Source of the DNA: Acidobacteriota bacterium
GTDB lineage: Bacteria; Acidobacteriota; UBA6911
Direction of reading: 5' to 3'
DNA length: 64,000 bases
Assembly: GCA_963664705.1 (NCBI GenBank)
Contig: OY761556.1
Coordinates: forward strand, 3,392,001-3,456,000
In this document: one piece after another, positions 57,641 to 64,000 of the stretch
Numbering within the stretch: position 1 is the first letter of the stretch
How the letters are laid out: each line of letters opens with the position of its first letter
The notes under the pieces: model-generated
Seen by the model: the letters and a program-made list of their open reading frames with translations, nothing else
The model's database searches: none
What the model was told of the DNA's origin: nothing
Program-made: the position numbers and the translations under genes

Positions 57641-60046
57641 ATGCGCCCGTTTGCAGTGCTCATGGCGACCGTTCTGCTGTTTGCCGCCTGTGGACGGCAT
57701 AGAGCCCAGGTCACACCGCCTGTTCTGAAACCACCCGCATCAACCTCGGCAAAAACACAGATCCCCGCGAACAAGCCGGCTCAGACAACGCCATTCCCAA
57801 CCGATCAGGGCAGGATAGCTGGAGCAACCGAACCGCTGAATCCGCCATCGGCAGATGCCCCGGTACCGGTTGAAGTACGTCTTTCCGGCCCTTTGATTCG
57901 GATTGGGCTTACCACCGATGCCAGGGAACTTCGGATTACTTCGCCAGGCGATTATTATGTGACGGAGAAGGTTTCGGAATCTTCACGGCAGTTGATCCAG
58001 GGCGAAATCCGCGTGCGTATCGAGGAAGAGGTCAGTGAGGATTCTTCCGTCTATCGCATTCAGGTTGCAGCCTTCGCCAAGATGGACCCGGCGATAGAAA
58101 TGAAAGAGAAGTTGTCCGGAGACATCTCGGAACCGGTGGTCATTCACGAAAATTCGGCATCAGGCTGGATTCAGGTACGAGTGGGCGCTTTCCCCTCCAA
58201 GAATGATGCGCAGCAGTTTCAGAAGACTTTGCAGAAACTGGGATACTCCGATTCCTTTATCGTCAAGGATGCTATTACCTCTGCGGGAGGCGGTCCAACG
58301 ATCGCCGTCCGCGGCGCAAACGGCTTTTTCCGCCTGAGCAAAGCCGGTTTTCTCGTTCAACCATCCTCTTCAAATTTTTTCATTTCCATTGATGGGAAGC
58401 CATACCGGGGAATGCTCGATCTCGCCTTGAACAAAAGCGGCAGAATGACCCTGGTTAATCAGCTTGGAATGGAAGAATATCTTCTGGGTGTAGTCCCCGC
58501 CGAAATCAGCCCAAGTGCATATCCAGAGGCCGCTGCGCTGTCAGCCCAGGCTATCGCTGCCCGAACCTATGCGTTGTTCCATCTCGGCCAATACAAAGCC
58601 GATGGATTCGATCTCACCGACGATACACGGACACAGGTGTATGAAGGCGTGGGATCGGAAAAATCGGCAACCAGCGAGGCTGTGCGCCAGACTTTCGGAC
58701 TCGCCATCTATTACCAGGATAAAGTAATTGATGCCATGTTCATGTCGACCTGCGGCGGACGCACAGAGGATTTCGCAAATGTTTTTGATGCCCAGCCGGT
58801 TCCCTACCTCAAAAGCGTGTTCTGCGCCATTGAAAGCGGCCCGGAAAAGGGCGAAACCGTCATCCTCGGACGACATGCCCTGGACAACACCATCCTTGCC
58901 GATGACGGAAGCCTGGCAAATCGAAATCTCGAGCTTGCATTGACTTTGGGCCTGAACAAATCCCGGGCAGACCTGACTCCCGAAGTTCTGACCGCTCCAT
59001 CCGAAAAGGCTGAGATTGTCCGTTGGGTTCAAACGGCCGTCAAGCTGGCAGCCAGGACAACCATTATCGATAATCCCGACCGCTCTCCGGATGTGCGCAC
59101 GCGGGCCGGTTTTTTCCAGTATGCGGTGGAAGCTTTTTTTGGAAGCGCGGAAATCAAACAACGTATTTCACCCAGAGATGTCGACTATTTCCTCGGCAAT
59201 CTGAAGGATGGCGATGCCGTCCCAGAAACGGCTCGTCCCGCACTGGCCTATCTTATTCAAAGCGGGTTGTGGCGCACGCAGGCTGATAACACCGTGCGAC
59301 CCAATGAACCGATACGAAAGGGGGATGCCCTGTCCGCGTTATCGCGATGGGTTGAATTCGCCCGCCCGGATGTCCTGCGAAAGGGCATTTTTGTTTCGCC
59401 TGGAACAGCCAGGGATGAAAGCGCCGCAGTTTCCTCCATTAACGTCAAATGGGGCAGCAAAACCCAGGAATTTCGATTTGCCGAGGATCCGTACCTTTTC
59501 CGGTTGGACGTCGGACGAACAACACCGGTAAACAGCCTCCGCATCATCGGCAATGAGAAGGTAGTTTTTCATATCAATGCCCAGGGAGCCATTGATTTTC
59601 TGGAAGCGGAATTGAATCCTGCGGGGGCATCGAGTGATCGCTATTCGCCGGTCGCGAATTGGAACACCACACTGACGCGATCCGCGGTGGCAGAGAAACT
59701 GCGCGGGATGACAGGGGGCATTGGCGAATTCCGAGACTTGGCGCCTTCCAAAACCGGCGACTCCGGAAGAGCCGTGCACATCCTGATAACGGGGAGCCGT
59801 GGCTCCATTGATCTTAATGGGAATAAGGTTCGCAATGCGTTAGGGCTGAGGGATACCTTGTTTACCATCAAGCGCGAATACAACCCGGACGGCACCATTG
59901 CCAGCTTCACTTTTAATGGGCGCGGATACGGTCACGGAGTCGGGTTGTGCCAGGTCGGAGCATTTGGAATGGCTCGCGCCGGCCGGAGCTATGAGGAAAT
60001 CATCAAGCATTATTTCCAGGGCGTGCAGCTGCGGAAAGCATACTGA
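57641..60046 (+). CDS. SpoIID/LytB-domain lipoprotein with SPOR and SLH-like domains
   Basis: Lipobox LFAAC, SPOR YRIQVAAF..VRVGAF, EEYLLGVVPAE, AQAIAARTYA, GRGYGHGVGLCQVGA; SLH-like RPNEPIRKGDA. Confidence 0.87.
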   Translation: MRPFAVLMATVLLFAACGRHRAQVTPPVLKPPASTSAKTQIPANKPAQTTPFPTDQGRIAGATEPLNPPSADAPVPVEVRLSGPLIRIGLTTDARELRITSPGDYYVTEKVSESSRQLIQGEIRVRIEEEVSEDSSVYRIQVAAFAKMDPAIEMKEKLSGDISEPVVIHENSASGWIQVRVGAFPSKNDAQQFQKTLQKLGYSDSFIVKDAITSAGGGPTIAVRGANGFFRLSKAGFLVQPSSSNFFISIDGKPYRGMLDLALNKSGRMTLVNQLGMEEYLLGVVPAEISPSAYPEAAALSAQAIAARTYALFHLGQYKADGFDLTDDTRTQVYEGVGSEKSATSEAVRQTFGLAIYYQDKVIDAMFMSTCGGRTEDFANVFDAQPVPYLKSVFCAIESGPEKGETVILGRHALDNTILADDGSLANRNLELALTLGLNKSRADLTPEVLTAPSEKAEIVRWVQTAVKLAARTTIIDNPDRSPDVRTRAGFFQYAVEAFFGSAEIKQRISPRDVDYFLGNLKDGDAVPETARPALAYLIQSGLWRTQADNTVRPNEPIRKGDALSALSRWVEFARPDVLRKGIFVSPGTARDESAAVSSINVKWGSKTQEFRFAEDPYLFRLDVGRTTPVNSLRIIGNEKVVFHINAQGAIDFLEAELNPAGASSDRYSPVANWNTTLTRSAVAEKLRGMTGGIGEFRDLAPSKTGDSGRAVHILITGSRGSIDLNGNKVRNALGLRDTLFTIKREYNPDGTIASFTFNGRGYGHGVGLCQVGAFGMARAGRSYEEIIKHYFQGVQLRKAY

Positions 60047-60100
60047 CTTCAAATTCAGAGTTTCAGATTCGAGAGATCTGGAATTGTAAGCTTGGAATCT
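60046..60100. repeat. Degenerate heptamer repeats in head-to-head orientation
   Basis: ACTTCAA ATTCAGA GTTTCAG ATTCGAG then ATCTGGA ATTGTAA GCTTGGA ATCT; same family as 54637. Confidence 0.5.
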
Positions 60101-60213
60101 ACGACGAAATGGATCGATTCCGGTCACAATTGTTAGGTATCCTGGTCCTTGCAATCGTATTTCTTCTGATTGCCTGCATTCGTTACTACCTAAAGCTTGG
60201 TTAGAGAAACACA

Positions 60214-61173
60214 ATGTCGGGAGATATACCGGGAATTGTAATCGTTGGCCCCACGGCCTCGGGCAAAAGCCGGCTGGCATTGGCGCTGGCACCCCTTTTC
60301 AACGGGGAAATAGTCAGCTGTGATGCGCTTCAAATCTACAAAGGCATGGATATTGGAACAGCCAAAGTCACAAAATCCGACCAGTCTACCGTCCCGCATC
60401 ACATGATCGATGTGCAAACGCCGGATCAGGATTTTTCGGCGGGGGATTATCAACGCATGGCGCGCGATGTGATCTGCGGAATTCAGGAACGAGGCCATGT
60501 CCCCTTTATCGTGGGAGGAACCGGATTTTACCTGCGGGCCCTGATCGACGGGCTGTTTGAGGGGCCTTCACGGTCCGAAGCACTTCGCGCGCGGATGAGA
60601 AATATCCTCCAGCGCAAGGGATCTGTTTTTTTGCATAAACGGCTGAAGCGGGTTGACCCTTCCTCCGCGGCCAAAATATCTGCCGCGGATGGAGAGCGCA
60701 TTATCCGTGCCTATGAAGTGTTCCTCCTCACGGGTAAAAGCATGGAATGGTGGCAACAGCAGCCGCGGGATGCCTTTCATGGGTATCGCTGGCTGAAGCT
60801 TGGAATCAACATCCCACGCGATCAGCTCTATGACAGAATCAACCGGCGCGTCAATGAGATGTTTGAAAACGGATTGATCGAAGAGGTGCGGCTTCTACTG
60901 GCACAGTTCCCCGGCACTGCTCATGCGTTCAAGGCAATCGGTTACAAGCAGGCTATCGACTATCTGGAAAATCGTCTCTCCCTGGCGGAAGCTATCGCGG
61001 ATACACAGTTGCAGAGCCGTCACTATGCCAAAAGGCAGCTTACATGGTTTCGCGCGGATAAGACCACACAGTGGCTTGAAGGAATGGATAGTCTCGAGGA
61101 GCTTCAGCATAGAGCCGCCGCGATGATTGGGCAATTTCTGGCGAGTGCGGGAACGGCCACCGAAATCCCCTGA
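60214..61173 (+). CDS. miaA: tRNA dimethylallyltransferase
   Basis: GPTASGKS, DALQIYKGMDIGTAK, VGGTGFY, AIGYKQ, YAKRQLTWF. Confidence 0.96.
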   Translation: MSGDIPGIVIVGPTASGKSRLALALAPLFNGEIVSCDALQIYKGMDIGTAKVTKSDQSTVPHHMIDVQTPDQDFSAGDYQRMARDVICGIQERGHVPFIVGGTGFYLRALIDGLFEGPSRSEALRARMRNILQRKGSVFLHKRLKRVDPSSAAKISAADGERIIRAYEVFLLTGKSMEWWQQQPRDAFHGYRWLKLGINIPRDQLYDRINRRVNEMFENGLIEEVRLLLAQFPGTAHAFKAIGYKQAIDYLENRLSLAEAIADTQLQSRHYAKRQLTWFRADKTTQWLEGMDSLEELQHRAAAMIGQFLASAGTATEIP

Positions 61174-61295
61174 ATTGCGTGAAGCCCTAGCCAGGTCATT
61201 TCAGCGACCATCCCCTTTTGCAGCGCGATTCGAACCGGTTTCCCTCGAATCCCCTTGCCCCAGTGCCGGTCGTATTGCATCGCCGGCAATATAGG

Positions 61296-61311
61296 AGCAG
61301 TTTCCGTGCCA
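61296..61311 (-). promoter_or_regulatory. Sigma-54 (-24/-12) promoter, minus strand
   Basis: Minus strand reads TGGCACGGAAACTGCT versus consensus TGGCACG-N4-TTGCW; exact GG-N10-GC spacing. Confidence 0.65.
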
Positions 61312-61505
61312 GGAAAAGATTCGATAAATCTATCGCCTTAAGTATAATGTTTAATATAATTTGCGGACGGGATAGGAAGATGCCGTGAATCCCTGTATTA
61401 TGGGAATTGTCGTTGTTTGCATTATTTTTATGTCGCAGCCTCAAAACACCCGGCCTGACAAAATTCTTAACGTTCGGCCGATTTCTGCTGTTCTATAATG
61501 GACTT

Positions 61506-62978
61506 ATGGAATTCGAACCCGTAATTGGACTTGAAGTACATGCGCAATTGCTCACGCGCAGCAAGCTTTTCTGCGGCTGCAGCACTCAGTTTGGTGCGCC
61601 GCCCAATGCCCATACCTGCCCAGTCTGTCTTGCCCTTCCCGGGGCTCTGCCGGTGGTGAACCGGGAGGCCGTAATGATGGCCGTTAAAGCGGCGATCGCT
61701 CTGGGATGCAGGATAAATGAAACCTCGATTTTTGCGCGAAAAAACTATTTCTATCCGGATCTCCCCAAAGGATATCAAATCTCGCAATTTGACCTCCCGT
61801 TGGGAGAGCATGGCGTTGTCACCATATTATCCGGCGAAAGAAATGAAACCGGAAAGGTCGTCAATCGCCAGGAAAAATCCTTCGGCATTACTCGCGTTCA
61901 CATGGAAGACGATGCGGGGAAGTCCATTCACGAAGGACTTCCGGATTCGCGTACCAAATCGTACGTCAACCTAAACCGAACCGGTGTTCCACTAATTGAA
62001 ATCGTAAGCGACCCCGACTTTCGCAGCAGCCAGGAAGCCTACGATTACATGACGCACCTTCGAAAAACTCTGATCTACATTGGAGTGTGCGATGGAAATA
62101 TGGAGGAAGGCAGTCTCCGGTGCGATGCCAACGTATCCCTTCGCCCCAGGGGCGCGGAAAAGCTTGGAACAAAGGTTGAGATAAAAAACCTCAACTCGTT
62201 CCGATTTCTGCAAAGGGCTCTGGAATACGAAATCGAGCGGCAGACGCAGGTTTTGTCCGAAGGCGGCCAGATCGTTCAGGAAACCCGGTTGTGGGATGAA
62301 GCGGAGGAACGCACCTTTACGATGCGAAGCAAGGAGGAAGCCCACGATTATCGGTATTTCCCTGAACCGGATTTGCTGCCACTGAAACTGGATTCGGAGT
62401 GGGTTGCCCAGATTCAAGCTGCGCTCCCGGAGCTCCCCGGCGCAAAGATACAGCGGTTCATGGATGGTTACGGCCTGACGTCAGAGGATGCGCTTTTGCT
62501 GACGTCCTCCCCTGCCATGTCCGAATACTTTGAATCCTGCGCGAAACAGTCGGCGAATGCACGGGCATCGGCGAATTGGGTTATGGGCGATCTTGCCTAC
62601 GCACTGAAAAATGCCGGCAAAGAGATTGATGAGTCCCCCGTCACGGCGGAACAATTGGCAACGCTCATCCGCACCATCGATTCGGGAGAGATATCCGGAA
62701 AGATCGCCAAGACGGTGTTTGAGGAAATGGCTCGTACCGGTGAAGAGCCGACAGCCATTATCAAACGACTGGGGCTGGTACAGGTCAGTGACGAGTCCAG
62801 CCTGAACGTCATCATTGATGGCATCCTGGCGGCCAACTCCAAACAGGTGGAAGAGTACCGGTCGGGCAAAACAAAGGTCCTGGGATTTCTGGTCGGCCAG
62901 GTCATGAAGGAAACAAAGGGGCAGGCCAATCCGCAGGTCTTGAATGAATTGCTGAAAAAGAGGCTTGCCGAAAGCTAA
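61506..62978 (+). CDS. gatB: Asp/Glu-tRNA amidotransferase subunit B
   Basis: [58 protein letters not shown]. Confidence 0.97.
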   Translation: MEFEPVIGLEVHAQLLTRSKLFCGCSTQFGAPPNAHTCPVCLALPGALPVVNREAVMMAVKAAIALGCRINETSIFARKNYFYPDLPKGYQISQFDLPLGEHGVVTILSGERNETGKVVNRQEKSFGITRVHMEDDAGKSIHEGLPDSRTKSYVNLNRTGVPLIEIVSDPDFRSSQEAYDYMTHLRKTLIYIGVCDGNMEEGSLRCDANVSLRPRGAEKLGTKVEIKNLNSFRFLQRALEYEIERQTQVLSEGGQIVQETRLWDEAEERTFTMRSKEEAHDYRYFPEPDLLPLKLDSEWVAQIQAALPELPGAKIQRFMDGYGLTSEDALLLTSSPAMSEYFESCAKQSANARASANWVMGDLAYALKNAGKEIDESPVTAEQLATLIRTIDSGEISGKIAKTVFEEMARTGEEPTAIIKRLGLVQVSDESSLNVIIDGILAANSKQVEEYRSGKTKVLGFLVGQVMKETKGQANPQVLNELLKKRLAES

Positions 62979-63014
62979 GAAAGCTCGAGCTCGCCACCGC
63001 TCTTTCGGAAATGA

Positions 63015-63563
63015 ATGAGTAACTCCGAATCGAGAAAAAAGGCCACTATAAGCCGACGCCAACAGATTGCAGGAAAGGGCCTCTGTTTTGCAAAGGAACA
63101 GGGGCCCGCGCGCTTTATCGCGGATGTAATGCTGGGGCGACTGGCAAAATGGTTGCGAATTTCGGGATTTGACGTTCTCTATTCCAACCATTTCTCCGAT
63201 GATGAACTGGTTCGGATCTCAAACAGCGAAGAGCGCATACTCCTGTCAAGAGACACACGGCTTCTCGTCCGCAAAGCGGTGCGTAGATTCATTTTCCTCG
63301 AAAGTCAGGATCTTCCATCCCAAATTCAACAGGTATTTGCCACGCTGAATCCGGACAAACTGCCTCCCCTTCTGACCAGATGCCTGACCTGTAATGACGC
63401 CCTGCAGGATGTCTCCCCGGAATCGGTGCGCGACATCGTTCCTCCTTTTGTTTTTGAAACTCAGAGAGCATTCAAATCCTGCCCCAGGTGCGGAAAAGTT
63501 TTTTGGGCCGGCACACATCGAGACTCCGTTGTTCAGAATCTGGAAAAATTGACGCGAAAATAG
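63015..63563 (+). CDS. Mut7-C (DUF82) PIN-like RNase with zinc ribbon
   Basis: RFIADVMLGRLAKWLRISGFD, ILLSRD, RCLTCN, CPRCGKVFWAGTH. Confidence 0.88.
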   Translation: MSNSESRKKATISRRQQIAGKGLCFAKEQGPARFIADVMLGRLAKWLRISGFDVLYSNHFSDDELVRISNSEERILLSRDTRLLVRKAVRRFIFLESQDLPSQIQQVFATLNPDKLPPLLTRCLTCNDALQDVSPESVRDIVPPFVFETQRAFKSCPRCGKVFWAGTHRDSVVQNLEKLTRK

Positions 63564-63605
63564 AAGATATGCCCTATTATTGGGGATTGCACTCAAGGAG
63601 GATTC

Positions 63606-64000
63606 TTGAAACACACGGTACGATCATTCATTGCCCTTATACTGCTTGCTGCCGCATACACCCCTGCATCGGCTCAGATCAAGGGGTCGGGCCCCAGCGA
63701 TCCGGCGCCGGCCGGCATGGTTATGTCCGGAATCATCGAATGCGGCGAAGGATACACCTCGCATGAGCTATACGACATGAAAATAACCCTGCTCGAGGTC
63801 ATCCGCGGCGAACAGGCCTGGAAACGCCTGCAGGAAGCAAGCAGCACCAATACACCTCCGAAGAGCGGCACCGAGTACCTGCTGGCCCGCATTCGATATG
63901 AATATTTTGCCAGGGGAGTTCCGGGCACCTGCATTCATCCGCTCTCGCCCGATGAATTTACCGCATACTCTCGCAATGGCGAAGATTACAGGAGTGTTTC
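63606..64000 (+). CDS. Exported hypothetical protein (DUF4352-like Ig fold possible), truncated at window end
   Basis: AAGGAGG then TTG; MKHTVRSFIALILLAAAYTPASA signal peptide, KITLLEVIRGEQAW, PPKSGTEYLLARI; frame open to the window edge. Confidence 0.7.
   Translation, partial: MKHTVRSFIALILLAAAYTPASAQIKGSGPSDPAPAGMVMSGIIECGEGYTSHELYDMKITLLEVIRGEQAWKRLQEASSTNTPPKSGTEYLLARIRYEYFARGVPGTCIHPLSPDEFTAYSRNGEDYRSV

Noticed and set aside
61222-61250. GGTTCGAATC (tRNA T-loop-like) on the minus strand
   Set aside because: No T-stem, acceptor stem or cloverleaf; the motif is one arm of a GATTCGA/TCGAATC hairpin.
61104-61289. 61-aa ORF downstream of the sigma-54 motif
   Set aside because: It starts at or upstream of the predicted TSS, lacks an RBS and overlaps miaA antisense; not supportable as a CDS.

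Overview
A moderately GC-rich, gene-dense bacterial chromosome segment with about 56 CDS. It is most likely from a diderm Acidobacteriota-like organism, inferred from gene content only (DUF4388-TPR, SPOR/SLH-containing SpoIID lipoprotein, lysS-lol-clpC-bamA order, TonB receptor with an N-terminal carboxypeptidase-regulatory-like domain). The window falls into five blocks. (1) 1-16 kb holds mixed metabolic genes: APC permease, DedA, SSADH, PpiC, OYE, tdk, SSS symporter, FlK-type thioesterase, MaoC-like, VWA/MoxR, CitE-like, queG and an esterase. (2) 16.2-31.7 kb is an LPS/O-polysaccharide locus with WaaL-like ligase, Wzm/Wzt and many GT2/GT4/GT9 genes. (3) tsaD and mtnA precede a cobalamin riboswitch that controls btuF-C-D-B. 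(4) An envelope superoperon runs pgsA-like, DUF512 radical SAM, ribH, nusB, lysS, lolCE, lolD, clpC, bamA, skp, fabZ, lpxA, lpxI, gnnA-like. (5) The end holds TonB/TolA-like, SpoIID-like, miaA, gatB and Mut7-C genes. I saw no tRNA, rRNA, CRISPR, phage or transposase. The best leads are a pgsA-coupled PDZ/DUF512 radical SAM (candidate membrane-spanning lipid synthase), an orphan sigma-54 promoter firing antisense toward miaA (candidate sRNA), and a decayed 85-bp copy of a GT2 3' end that could act as an antisense 3' UTR. Also notable are a tandem-domain unknown protein in a Wzt-CBM locus with no recognisable chain terminator, and several heptamer-repeat tracts at gene ends. Family calls come from motif recognition by eye, not from database searches.
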